A DNA stretch of 64,000 nucleotides from Candidatus Latescibacterota bacterium (GTDB lineage: Bacteria; Latescibacterota; UBA2968; UBA8231). Below, in pieces: positions 29,558 through 38,897 of this stretch. Location of the stretch: positions 3,936,001 to 4,000,000 of the forward strand of contig CBDFJF010000002.1 in NCBI GenBank assembly GCA_965248265.1. Direction: 5' to 3'. The stretch's first letter is position 1. Each line of letters starts with the position of its first letter. A model generated the notes under the pieces. It was not told where the DNA came from and did not search any database. It saw only the letters and a list, made by a program, of their open reading frames with translations. Made by a program: the position numbers and the translations under genes.

Positions 29558-30565
29558 ATGAATCTAGACAAGAAATCCGTACCTCCCTACCTGCGGCGCA
29601 AGAAGATCATCGTCCAGGGCGAGCATGTCACCGATGTCCAGCCCGTGGGTGACGGAGTCAAGAACATCATCTATAGAGTCGTAACCACGCAGAAGCGGCT
29701 CATCGTCAAGCAGGCACGTTCCCGCGCCAACACCAGAGGCAGGATGTTTCTGGATCGCAAGCGGGTGTTCCAGGAGAAAAGCTGCATTGAGGTGCTGTCT
29801 CAGATTCTGCCTCCGGACATCATTCCGGAAGTGCATCTCGAGGACCGCACCAATTTTGTGCTCGTGTCCGACGCTCCTCCACGCGAAGCGGCACTTTGGG
29901 AGGACGAACTCGCTACCGGAAAGATCGACCTGCAGATCGCAGCTCAGTGCGGGGAACTGCTGGCCACCGTGCACAACCACACCAAGAGGGCAAAAGCCCT
30001 CAAGACCCAGTTCAAATCGACGAAGCCTTTCGAACAGTTGCGGATAGAGCCTCTCTACAAGGCCATGATCCCCGACTACCCGGAGCAGCAGAAATTAATC
30101 GAGGCCCAGGCACGTGCCTTGACCAAGGAGGCCGTTGTACTCGTCCTCGGAGACCTTCGGCCGCGAAACGTCTGGGTCAATTCGGGCCAGGTGTTCCTCG
30201 TCGACTTCGCCACGGCTCACTACGGCCATCCCTCCTTCGACGCGGCGTTTTACGCCAGTGATCTGTGCCTGAAGGCGATCCTCAACGCCCCGCAGAAGGC
30301 GGCATACCTGGAAGGCATCAATGTCTTCTGGATGTCCTACTTCAGACTCATCACCTACGCCAAGAAGGCGGAAGTCGAACGCAACTCGGTCAGGGATTTT
30401 GGCTGCCTCTTGCTCAGTGCAGCTGCCGGGCACATGCCGGAATTCGAACTGGAAGAGGAGATCCAGGATCTGACGACCCGAATCGGTCAGAGCTTGCTCT
30501 TCACCGAACTCGACAAAATCGAGGACATCACGGAGTTCATCAACAGAACCCTGATTGATGGATGA
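29558..30565 (+). CDS. APH / methylthioribose-kinase-like phosphotransferase
   Basis: GDGVKN loop, IVKQA, GDLRPRN, VDF. Confidence 0.75.
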   Translation: MNLDKKSVPPYLRRKKIIVQGEHVTDVQPVGDGVKNIIYRVVTTQKRLIVKQARSRANTRGRMFLDRKRVFQEKSCIEVLSQILPPDIIPEVHLEDRTNFVLVSDAPPREAALWEDELATGKIDLQIAAQCGELLATVHNHTKRAKALKTQFKSTKPFEQLRIEPLYKAMIPDYPEQQKLIEAQARALTKEAVVLVLGDLRPRNVWVNSGQVFLVDFATAHYGHPSFDAAFYASDLCLKAILNAPQKAAYLEGINVFWMSYFRLITYAKKAEVERNSVRDFGCLLLSAAAGHMPEFELEEEIQDLTTRIGQSLLFTELDKIEDITEFINRTLIDG

Positions 30566-30600
30566 GAGCATCCTGACATCCTCCCTGATCGTCAGAAATT

Positions 30601-31347
30601 CTATATGTGGGCGCGCAGATCCTTGCTGCTCGAGAGGATGTGGTCCGCCATGGCCTCACGAGCCACTTCCGCCTCCCGGGCGACCAGCGCCTTGAGGATG
30701 GCTCGATGCTCCTCGACGGACAGCCTCGCGCGGTCAACGGCATTTCCTGAGGGCGTCTTCAAACTTCCCTTTATCCATTCCTGCAGGTAGCCTCTGGTCG
30801 TGCTGACCAGTCGCTGCAGAATCGGATTCTGGGTGGCACTGGCTATTTCGAGATGGAAGCGCAGGTCACACGAGAGAAAAAGCTCTGAACTGAGAACGCT
30901 TCCCTCCATCCCCTGGAGGTGGGTCGCGATCGCTTCCAGGTCTTCTTCCCGAGCGCGCGTCGCGGCCCAGAACGCGGTGTTGGATTCGAGCATCAGCCGG
31001 GTCTCGACAAGGTTCTCGACATCGTTGCCATCAAGCAACATCCCCCACTGCAGGGTTCGCCCGAGGTGTTGCCGGTTGTCAGCTACGAACGTGCCCTCTC
31101 CAACCCTGCCATCAACGATGCCCATCGTTGTCAGCGAACGGAGTGCCTCGCGCACGGAGGTCCGCCCCACGCCGAATCGTTTACACAACTCTCGCTCAGA
31201 CGGAAGGCGGTCACCGGACTTGAGCAACGATCGCGAAATCAGGCTGATGATCTGTTCCACGATGGCATCGCTGACCGAGCTGCGCTCGATCGGCTGCAGT
31301 TGCTCGGCTGCGCTTTCGATCCTGGTATTGGTACCTAAGTCATTCAT
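30601..31347 (-). CDS. GntR/FadR-family regulator
   Basis: GDRLPSERELCKRFGVGRTSVREAL plus FCD domain (DLRFH, NPIL, EEH). Confidence 0.95.
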   Translation of the reverse strand: MNDLGTNTRIESAAEQLQPIERSSVSDAIVEQIISLISRSLLKSGDRLPSERELCKRFGVGRTSVREALRSLTTMGIVDGRVGEGTFVADNRQHLGRTLQWGMLLDGNDVENLVETRLMLESNTAFWAATRAREEDLEAIATHLQGMEGSVLSSELFLSCDLRFHLEIASATQNPILQRLVSTTRGYLQEWIKGSLKTPSGNAVDRARLSVEEHRAILKALVAREAEVAREAMADHILSSSKDLRAHI

Positions 31348-31410
31348 TAATATGACAGTTATAACAAATAGTAACAAAACCTCAGTAGTCGACTGACAAT
31401 TTCCGTTGCG

Positions 31411-31438
31411 AAAGGTCTGACCATCAGTCATATTACCA
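31411..31438. promoter_or_regulatory. Putative FadR-type operator in divergent promoter
   Basis: GGTCTGACC palindrome at 31414-31422 resembles the TGGT-N3-ACCA FadR-subfamily box; the surrounding intergenic region is AT-rich. Confidence 0.55.
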
Positions 31439-31496
31439 TTATTATTCAGGCATTGTCAAGGGATATTCGAATACCCCAGAATCGAGAGGTTTCGTC

Positions 31497-32135
31497 ATGG
31501 GACAGATCACCGACATCGGAATGAGAATCGAACTGGTCTCGATGGACCAGCATTTTGAAGACATATCAATCGCGTTGTATGAGCAACAGACAGAGCACGG
31601 ACCTCGTTTCCTCGTCAAGACCTACAGCCAAAGAGAAGGCTCGGACGAACGCATGAGATTTCTCGTCGAGACCATGGTCTGTCTCGGTGGGATGGAAACG
31701 ACGGCGGATCCTGCTGGCCATTTGGTATGGTTCCCATGTGGCACCAGACATTTCGCCGCCATCAGACGGGTGTTCTTGGAGAGTTGCAAGATCCCGACTG
31801 AGCAGGAGCCCGTGCCCAAACCCATGAAGACGTTCGACAAGAAGGCTGACGCCGAAATCACCGTAGTGAGTGAAGGCAACGGACAGTACCGGGTCACGGC
31901 GGCGGAATCCAACGAGAAAGTAGAGCGCAGGATCAACGCGATAGCCGGCGGCCTGGTGAAACTCAGCGAAATGGAAGCCACGGACGACAACAGCATGCGT
32001 TTTTCCTGTGGCCACGACCATGACGTGCTGGTGGGCCTGCTTCTCCCCCGTGCGATCAACGTGCGGCAGGCAATACGCGAACAGGAGCAATCGGCATCAA
32101 AAGGCGTTCTTGCTGCCCCCAGTCAACAGGAATAG
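31497..32135 (+). CDS. Hypothetical protein heading the corrinoid cluster
   Basis: GAGG SD; duplicated F-x-C-G-x-x-H motifs (FPCGTRH, FSCGHDH). Confidence 0.8.
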   Translation: MGQITDIGMRIELVSMDQHFEDISIALYEQQTEHGPRFLVKTYSQREGSDERMRFLVETMVCLGGMETTADPAGHLVWFPCGTRHFAAIRRVFLESCKIPTEQEPVPKPMKTFDKKADAEITVVSEGNGQYRVTAAESNEKVERRINAIAGGLVKLSEMEATDDNSMRFSCGHDHDVLVGLLLPRAINVRQAIREQEQSASKGVLAAPSQQE

Positions 32136-32191
32136 AACGACCCGCCGTGGGCGTGTCGTTTTAAAGAAACAACCCGGTGGGTTGTTTCTTT
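32136..32191. repeat. Two adjacent hairpins (terminator or REP-like)
   Basis: AACGAC..CGCC/GGCG..GTCGTT (32136-32160) and perfect AAAGAAACAACCC/GGGTTGTTTCTTT (32163-32191). Confidence 0.75.
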
Positions 32192-32276
32192 CGGGGAAAA
32201 TTCTGGGGTGTCCATCGTAAATGCTCGAGTATTTTGAGCCCTGTTGGTTGGACCTAACTGAGAGGATGAAACTGAA

Positions 32277-33314
32277 ATGGCCGATGTGAAACCCATGACT
32301 GGCCTCGAGCGTGTTCTGGCGGCGTTGAAGCGCGAACCCGTCGATCGCACACCTATCTGCAACCCGACGTCGGTGGCCACGGTGGAGCTGATGGATCTGG
32401 TCGATGCCCCCTTTCCCGATGCCAACCGCGACCCGGAGTTGATGGCGCGGCTGGCCGCTACCGGGTACACCGAACTCGGTTTCGACTCCATCATGCCGGT
32501 GTTCACGATCATCCAGGAGTCTTCCGCGCTGGGTTGCAAGATCCAGTGGGAGCAGAAGGACAATTGGCCTACCGTGCGCATGCGCGAACCGATCTGGGAA
32601 AAGCTGGAGGACATCAAGATCCCCTCCAATTTGCTCACCCACCCAGATACCAAGTGTGTCCTGGATGCGATCCGTATCCTCAAGAAGGAGTACGGTGACG
32701 AGGTGGCCATCATCGGCAAGACGATGGGGCCGTGGTCTCTGGCCTATCACGGAATGGGGGTCGAGCCCTTCCTGCTGCTTTCTCTGGATGATCCGGATGC
32801 CACCAAGGCCATCCTCGACGCCCTCAAGAAGGTGACGATCGATTTCGGGGTGGCACAGTTGGAGGCGGGCGCCGACGCGGTGACCCTGCCCGACCACGCC
32901 ACCGGTGACCTGGTTAGCGGCGAGTACTACGAACGCTATCTGAAAGACATGCATACCGAATTCGTCGATCAGATCCCGCTTCCCATAATCCTCCACATCT
33001 GCGGTCGCACCGTCGATCGCATGGGTTTCATAGCCGAGACCGGGATGGCCGCCTTCCACTACGATTCCAAGAATGAGCCCCCCGAATCGATGGACATCGT
33101 CAGGGACAAGATCTCCCTCGTCGGCAACATCAACAATCCGGAAACCCTGTACTCCAAAGGCCCGGAGGCGGTCAGGGCGGAAGTCTACAAGAACCTGGAT
33201 GCGGGCGTAAACCTGGTGGGGCCGGAGTGTGCGATACCGTTACAGACCTCGATTGCAAACTTGAAGGAGATTCCGAAGGCTGTCCGCGACTGGCACGCGG
33301 AACACACCAACTGA
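32277..33314 (+). CDS. MtaA/CmuA-family methylcobamide methyltransferase (URO-D fold)
   Basis: ERVLAAL..EPVDRTP, ALGC, GP, Zn ligands LHICG and GPECAIP, GNI. Confidence 0.9.
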   Translation: MADVKPMTGLERVLAALKREPVDRTPICNPTSVATVELMDLVDAPFPDANRDPELMARLAATGYTELGFDSIMPVFTIIQESSALGCKIQWEQKDNWPTVRMREPIWEKLEDIKIPSNLLTHPDTKCVLDAIRILKKEYGDEVAIIGKTMGPWSLAYHGMGVEPFLLLSLDDPDATKAILDALKKVTIDFGVAQLEAGADAVTLPDHATGDLVSGEYYERYLKDMHTEFVDQIPLPIILHICGRTVDRMGFIAETGMAAFHYDSKNEPPESMDIVRDKISLVGNINNPETLYSKGPEAVRAEVYKNLDAGVNLVGPECAIPLQTSIANLKEIPKAVRDWHAEHTN

Positions 33315-33352
33315 GTGATAACACGGAAACCGGACAGAAGGAAGGATCGGTA

Positions 33353-34105
33353 ATGGCAGAGCTTTCAGATATTGCGAACGAGACCATTCAGTACGAAATC
33401 GAGGAGTTTATCGAACGCCCGGATGAGCTTGAGCGCAACATTACCTTGTTCGCAAGCGTTCGCCCGTCGATGCAGGACATTGCTGCCGCTTTGATCGAGG
33501 GAGACAACGGCGTCGTCGACGAGCTCACCAAGCAAGCCTTGGACGAGGGCATCGAAGCGGTCGAAATCATGGATGACGGCCTCATCGCCGGCATGGGCAT
33601 CGTCGGCATCAAGTTCCGCGAGAATTTCATCTTCGTACCCGAGGTCCTCGCGTGCGCCCGCGCCATGAAGGCGGGGATGGCCTACATCGAACCGATCCTG
33701 TCTGCCTCAGGCGTGGAGAAAGCAGGCACCGTCGTCATGGGGACAGTCAAAGGCGACCTGCACGACATCGGCAAGAACCTGTGCATCATGATGCTGCGCG
33801 GCTCCGGATTCGAAGTCCACGACCTCGGAGTCGACACCTCGGAGGATGAATTCATTGAGGCGATTGAGGAGCACGGTGCACCGCTGATGGGCATGTCGGC
33901 GCTGTTGACGACGACGATGCCGAACATGGGCAAGACCATCGAGGCCTTCATCGACGCCGACCTGCGCGATGATGTCCAGATCATGGTCGGCGGCGCTCCG
34001 GTAACCCAGGAATTCGCCGACGACATGGGCGCCGACGGCTACGGCAAGGATGCCCTTGCCTGTGTCTCCCTGGCCAAGGACCTGATGACAGCCGCAGCCG
34101 GCTAA
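33353..34105 (+). CDS. Corrinoid (B12-binding) protein
   Basis: GM..VG..F cap, GTVKGDLHDIGKNL, SALLTTTM, VGGAPV. Confidence 0.95.
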   Translation: MAELSDIANETIQYEIEEFIERPDELERNITLFASVRPSMQDIAAALIEGDNGVVDELTKQALDEGIEAVEIMDDGLIAGMGIVGIKFRENFIFVPEVLACARAMKAGMAYIEPILSASGVEKAGTVVMGTVKGDLHDIGKNLCIMMLRGSGFEVHDLGVDTSEDEFIEAIEEHGAPLMGMSALLTTTMPNMGKTIEAFIDADLRDDVQIMVGGAPVTQEFADDMGADGYGKDALACVSLAKDLMTAAAG

Positions 34106-34128
34106 CTACACTCTCTGCCCACGAGATA

Positions 34129-34464
34129 TTGGCGATGCCCGAGATCGACAAAGAGGACTACCAGAAGCGGCTGGATCGCATCACTGAGCTGTTCTCCGAC
34201 ATGGTAACGCATGCCGACGCGCAAGCCAGCGAACGCTGCCCCTACCGCAATCGCTTCGACGAGTGCACGGCCAAGATCCAATGCCGCAATCAGCGCCCTC
34301 CCCGTCCGGACGGGGAGCTCCAGCTGTGTGGTCACGATGGCGGTTTCGACTACCGTGACGCCTGGGAGTCCGACCCGGACACCTACGACAAGGCCAAAGC
34401 CAAGATCACTAAGATCAAGAAGCAGGCCGCCGCCGAGCGCGATGCGAAACGCGATTCGAGCTAA
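34129..34464 (+). CDS. Small Cys-cluster protein
   Basis: CPY..(6)..C..(5)..CRNQ...C; stop overlaps the next start (TAATG). Confidence 0.75.
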   Translation: MAMPEIDKEDYQKRLDRITELFSDMVTHADAQASERCPYRNRFDECTAKIQCRNQRPPRPDGELQLCGHDGGFDYRDAWESDPDTYDKAKAKITKIKKQAAAERDAKRDSS

Positions 34465-36125
34465 TGCCGACGGTCGCCCACAACGACATCGAACGCCCCC
34501 TTCATGTGGGCAAAACGATATTCGATTACGCCGACGAGCTGGCCGTTCAGGTACCGACCTCCTGCTATCGCACGGGCCACTGCCACGAGTGCGTCGTCGA
34601 TATCAAGAAAGGCATGGAGAGCTTGTCCCACCGCACCGAAGCGGAGTCGTTTCTCAAAGACAGCTATCGACTCGCCTGTCAGGCCACCATCGAGCGCGAT
34701 GACCTCGAGGTCGAATTCTCACCGCTGCGTCGCAAGCCGAAGATCCTGACGCTCGGACGCGACAAGAACGTCGTGATGGCGCCGATGGTCACTCGTGTCG
34801 GCGAAGAGATTCTCTACGACGGCGAGGTGATCGATCGATACCGAGGGCATGTGTACGGAGTGGCCATCGATCTGGGCACGACGACCGTGGTCATGGATCT
34901 GGTCGACCTGGAGACGGGCCGCAGCATCCATGTCAGCTCGTTCGAGAATCCGCAGCGCTTTGGCGGCAGTGATGTCATGAACCGTATCTCCTACGACGCC
35001 AAACATCGTGGGGAGCTGCAGAAAGCCATCTCCAGCGCGGTGAGCAAAGAAATACTGGAGATGGGTCAGCAACACGGCTTCAGGCGCCAGGAGGTCTACG
35101 AGATCGTCGTTGCCGGCAATTCGACGATGCGTGAAATCCTGTTCAAAATGGACGTCCAGTCGATCGGGCAGAAACCCTACAAATCCACGATCGAAGAGGA
35201 ATTCCTCGCCAGCCAGCGGCCACACACGGCCCTGGCACAGGACGCCCGACGTCTTGGGCTTCGCGCCAATCTGAGGACCAAGATCTACGGACTGCCCCTG
35301 ATCGCCAGTCACGTCGGCGCGGACACGGCAGCCGATCTCGTCGCCCTCGACATGGACACGTGCAAGGATGACGAGGTAATCATGCTCGTCGACGTGGGCA
35401 CGAATACGGAAGTCGTGGTGAGCAAACAGGGCCGCATGATGGCAGCCTCGTGTCCGGCGGGACCGGCCTTCGAAGGAGGCCTGGTCAAGTTTGGCATGCC
35501 CGGTTATGACGGCGCCATCGAATCCGTTACCATCGGCGAAGACGGCAGGGTCGACTACCACACCATCGGCGACATCGCCCCCGAGGGCCTGTGCGGTTCG
35601 GGTCTTGTCGACCTGCTCGCCCAACTGCGCCGCCGTGATGTGATGACGGAGATGGGTGTTTTCTCCGCGGACCGGAAGCAGTTTGAGATGATGCTGATCC
35701 CCGAACACGGAATCACCTTCTCCAAAGAGGATGCCAGCAATCTGGCGCAGGCCAAGGCCGCCAACTACTGCGGGCAATTCATCGTCATGAGGGCTTTCGG
35801 AATCAACCCGGCCGACGTGACGCGGCTTTACCTGGCAGGTGGTTTCGCCAACTATATCGACATCGGCCATGCCATCGAAATAGGCTTCCTGGCCGCCGTT
35901 CCCGAGGACCGCATCGTCAAGGTGGGCAACGCAGCAGTGCAGGGGGCCCGCGAGATCTTGCTCGACCGGAACCAGCGCGCCGCCCTCGAAGAAACGGTCA
36001 AGAGTATCGAACACATCGAGCTTGAGACGACACCGGATTTCTTCGAAATCTTCGTGGAGGGCTGTCAGTTCAAGCCGATGCCGACACACATTTGCGACGC
36101 CCCTCTGGCCGGGAGCGCCGCATGA
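34464..36125 (+). CDS. Reductive activator of corrinoid proteins (RACo/RamA-like ASKHA ATPase with 2Fe-2S domain)
   Basis: C..TGHCHEC...RLACQ, DLGTTT, DVGTNTE, CPAGPAFEG, GLCGSG, LAGGF. Confidence 0.92.
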   Translation: MPTVAHNDIERPLHVGKTIFDYADELAVQVPTSCYRTGHCHECVVDIKKGMESLSHRTEAESFLKDSYRLACQATIERDDLEVEFSPLRRKPKILTLGRDKNVVMAPMVTRVGEEILYDGEVIDRYRGHVYGVAIDLGTTTVVMDLVDLETGRSIHVSSFENPQRFGGSDVMNRISYDAKHRGELQKAISSAVSKEILEMGQQHGFRRQEVYEIVVAGNSTMREILFKMDVQSIGQKPYKSTIEEEFLASQRPHTALAQDARRLGLRANLRTKIYGLPLIASHVGADTAADLVALDMDTCKDDEVIMLVDVGTNTEVVVSKQGRMMAASCPAGPAFEGGLVKFGMPGYDGAIESVTIGEDGRVDYHTIGDIAPEGLCGSGLVDLLAQLRRRDVMTEMGVFSADRKQFEMMLIPEHGITFSKEDASNLAQAKAANYCGQFIVMRAFGINPADVTRLYLAGGFANYIDIGHAIEIGFLAAVPEDRIVKVGNAAVQGAREILLDRNQRAALEETVKSIEHIELETTPDFFEIFVEGCQFKPMPTHICDAPLAGSAA

Positions 36126-37732
36126 GTGCGGACGATCCGGCCCCGTCCGTCGAGGACGGGCATTCTCTGCGCCACCTGTTGGCGCAGCAGAATTCCTTCA
36201 TCAACGCCGTCGAACTGGTAAACTCGCGCGGGGTCATCACCGAACGTGCTGGAGGCCGCGTGCTGGAGCTGGCCAGCAACCTGGCGCGTCATCCCGACAT
36301 CCACGTCCTCAGCATAACCGACAACCCCGGGGGCAACGCCGTTCTCAGCGCTGAGACCCTGGGCCAAGAGCTTCAGGCGCTGGATCAGGAGGTGATCATC
36401 CATCTCTCCTGCAAGGACTGGAATCGCAACGGCCTGCAGAGCAAGGCATGGCAGCTGGCGAGCCAGGGATTCGATAACGTCCTGGCGCTCTCCGGGGACT
36501 ACCCCATCGACGGCTTTCAGGGAACGTCCGCCGGCGTCTTCGACATCGACTCGGTCGGCCTGTTACGTATGCTCTCGGACATGAACGCCGGCTTGGAAAC
36601 CGTGAGCGTGCGCGGCAAGAAGAGGGGGAGAATGAAAAAGACCGGTTTCGTGCTCGGGGCAGCCGTCAACAACTTCAAGCCCTACGAGCGCGAAGTCATG
36701 CCGCAGTACTTCAAACTGGCCGCCAAAATCGCCGCCGGCGCCGACTTCGTCATCAACCAGATCGGCTACAACGCGCGCAAGATGGACGAGCTGTTGCGCT
36801 ACATGAAGCTCAAGCAGCTGCAGGCCCCGGTGCTGGCCAACGTCTACATCCTCAGTGGTCCGGCCAGCCGCTACTTCCACTCCGGGCGCATACCGGGTGT
36901 GGTCGTCACCGACGAGCTGCTGGCGCTGACCGACAAACAGGCCGTCTCAGAGGACAAGGGCAAGGCGTTCTTTCTCGAGTTCGCCGCCAAGCAGTGTGCC
37001 GTGGCCAAGGGCCTCGGCTTCGACGGAGTCTATCTCGGAGGCCACGTCTCGTACCAGGATTTCGCTCGCGTTTTGGAAATCCAGGATCAGTTTGGTGATG
37101 CCGATTGGCATAACTTCGTCGGTGAGTTCACCTACGACGCAGGGGATGAGGAGTTCTACTTCTTTGAGCCGGACTCGGCCTCAGGCGTCAACTCAGACGA
37201 GATCAACCGTACCTATGCCGAGTCGAAGAGCCCGCGCGCCCTGCGATCTTCACGTCTATCGATTCCGCTTACCTACAAGCTGAACCGGCTGGTCCATAGC
37301 CTGGTGTTCGAACCCGGCGCCCTGGCCTATTGGCTCGGCCGCAAGCTCTACGGGGCCATCGAAAACAGAAAGTGGAACAAACTTGGCAAGGTGATGCATT
37401 CATTCGAGCAGGTGGCCAAGGTACCGGCCTTCGACTGCCGCGATTGCGGTGATTGCTCTTTGCCCGATATCGCCTTCCTGTGCCCGGAGTCCCAGTGCGT
37501 GAAGAACCAGCGCAACGGTCCGTGTGGAGGAACGCGGCTTGGCAAGTGTGAGATCGGAGAAAAGGATTGCATCTGGGCACGCGCCTACGACCGGCTCAAG
37601 CCGTACGGAGAAGAGGAAACCATGATCGAGCGCCCTGTCGTCTTCAGGAATTCTTCCCTCAAAGGAACCAGTGCCTGGGGAAACACCTTCCTCGGCCATG
37701 ACCATCAGGCCAAGCCGAAAAATGAAGAGTAA
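36122..37732 (+). CDS. Methylenetetrahydrofolate reductase with C-terminal Cys-rich (MetV-like) domain
   Basis: SITDNPGG, HLSCKDWN, LALSGD, AGADFVINQ; CRDCGDC...CP..QCVKNQRNGPCGG...C...C. Confidence 0.88.
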   Translation: MSADDPAPSVEDGHSLRHLLAQQNSFINAVELVNSRGVITERAGGRVLELASNLARHPDIHVLSITDNPGGNAVLSAETLGQELQALDQEVIIHLSCKDWNRNGLQSKAWQLASQGFDNVLALSGDYPIDGFQGTSAGVFDIDSVGLLRMLSDMNAGLETVSVRGKKRGRMKKTGFVLGAAVNNFKPYEREVMPQYFKLAAKIAAGADFVINQIGYNARKMDELLRYMKLKQLQAPVLANVYILSGPASRYFHSGRIPGVVVTDELLALTDKQAVSEDKGKAFFLEFAAKQCAVAKGLGFDGVYLGGHVSYQDFARVLEIQDQFGDADWHNFVGEFTYDAGDEEFYFFEPDSASGVNSDEINRTYAESKSPRALRSSRLSIPLTYKLNRLVHSLVFEPGALAYWLGRKLYGAIENRKWNKLGKVMHSFEQVAKVPAFDCRDCGDCSLPDIAFLCPESQCVKNQRNGPCGGTRLGKCEIGEKDCIWARAYDRLKPYGEEETMIERPVVFRNSSLKGTSAWGNTFLGHDHQAKPKNEE

Positions 37733-37783
37733 GTTTTCCGGATCACTGCTGGCTCAGTACTATTGATAGGATGTTGACTGCAG

Positions 37784-38878
37784 ATGAAACTGACTGATCC
37801 CGACCTCGACTTCATCATAGTCGGCGAAAACGTTCACACGACGCGAGTCGTCATGCGCAAAGGCAAGCTGGTGAGTGAAAAGGACGACGGTACGGCCGTC
37901 GTACGCTACACCACCGTCGATGGCGACAAACGCCAGTTGCCGATTTCCGAATCGACGAAGAAAACGCAGGACTACGAAGAGGGACGAGTGAAGCACATCA
38001 AGGTCGCCGTCCAGGCGGCGATGTCCGGGGACGCGGCGAGCGCCTCCGAGGGCGAGGAATACCTCAAGCGACAGATTCAGAAACAAGCCGAGGCCGGTGC
38101 CGACTACCTCGACGTCAACGTCGACGAAATCTCGATCAAACTGGAAGACCAGCTGGCAGCGATGGATTGGCTCGTGCGCTTCGTCCAAGGAGAGACCGAC
38201 GTGCCGGTGTCCGTTGACTCATCGAATATCGACGTCATTCACAGCGGCCTGAAGGCGTGGGATGCTGCGGGCGGGCGTCCGATGCTGAACTCGGCCTCAC
38301 TGGAACGACTGGATGCGCTCGATCTGGCCGTGGAGTACAACGCTCGCGTAATCGTCACTGCCGCAGGCGAATCCGGAATGCCGAGCAACACGGAGGATCG
38401 TGTTACGAACGCCTCGCGCATGGTCGACGCCGGACTGGAGAGGGGCCTGGCACTCGACGATCTGTTCGTCGATCCGCTGATCTTCCCGATTTCGGTAGAT
38501 GGCCGCTTTGGCCCGCACAGCCTGGATGCGATTCGCACGCTGCGCGAACGCTACGGCGAGGAGATCCATATCACGGGCGGTTTCAGCAACGTCTCCTTCG
38601 GCATCCCCAGTCGCAAGTGGATCAATGATGTCTTCATCATCCTGGCGGTCGCCGCCGGCGCTGACAGCGGCATCATCGATCCCGTCGGCAGCAAGCCGGC
38701 AGAGATCTTCAAGATCGACCGCGATTCCGCGCCCTATAAGCTTTCGGAGGACGCCCTGATGGGTCGAGACGAACACTGCGCCAACTACATCTTGGCCTGG
38801 CGACAGGGCGAGCTGGGGGACGGTGTTCCACCGCAGCGCAAGAGGCGCCCCCGTCCGCTCCCCCGAACCCTGGCCTGA
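37784..38878 (+). CDS. Pterin-binding methyltransferase (methyl-THF:corrinoid, AcsE/MetH-folate-like)
   Basis: IVGEN, GADYLDVN, SVDSS, LNS, FVDPL, GFSNVSFG. Confidence 0.88.
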   Translation: MKLTDPDLDFIIVGENVHTTRVVMRKGKLVSEKDDGTAVVRYTTVDGDKRQLPISESTKKTQDYEEGRVKHIKVAVQAAMSGDAASASEGEEYLKRQIQKQAEAGADYLDVNVDEISIKLEDQLAAMDWLVRFVQGETDVPVSVDSSNIDVIHSGLKAWDAAGGRPMLNSASLERLDALDLAVEYNARVIVTAAGESGMPSNTEDRVTNASRMVDAGLERGLALDDLFVDPLIFPISVDGRFGPHSLDAIRTLRERYGEEIHITGGFSNVSFGIPSRKWINDVFIILAVAAGADSGIIDPVGSKPAEIFKIDRDSAPYKLSEDALMGRDEHCANYILAWRQGELGDGVPPQRKRRPRPLPRTLA

Positions 38879-38897
38879 TCACCGAGAGGACTAACCG

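Noticed and set aside
31348-32276. Cobalamin or SAM riboswitch ahead of the corrinoid genes
   Set aside because: I could not find a B12-box or SAM-I core by eye; an Rfam scan would settle it.
34719-36089. 456-aa antisense ORF (similar ones at 48084-49496 and 49907-51013)
   Set aside because: They mirror well-supported plus-strand genes, are expected with GC-rich codon bias, and show no motifs.
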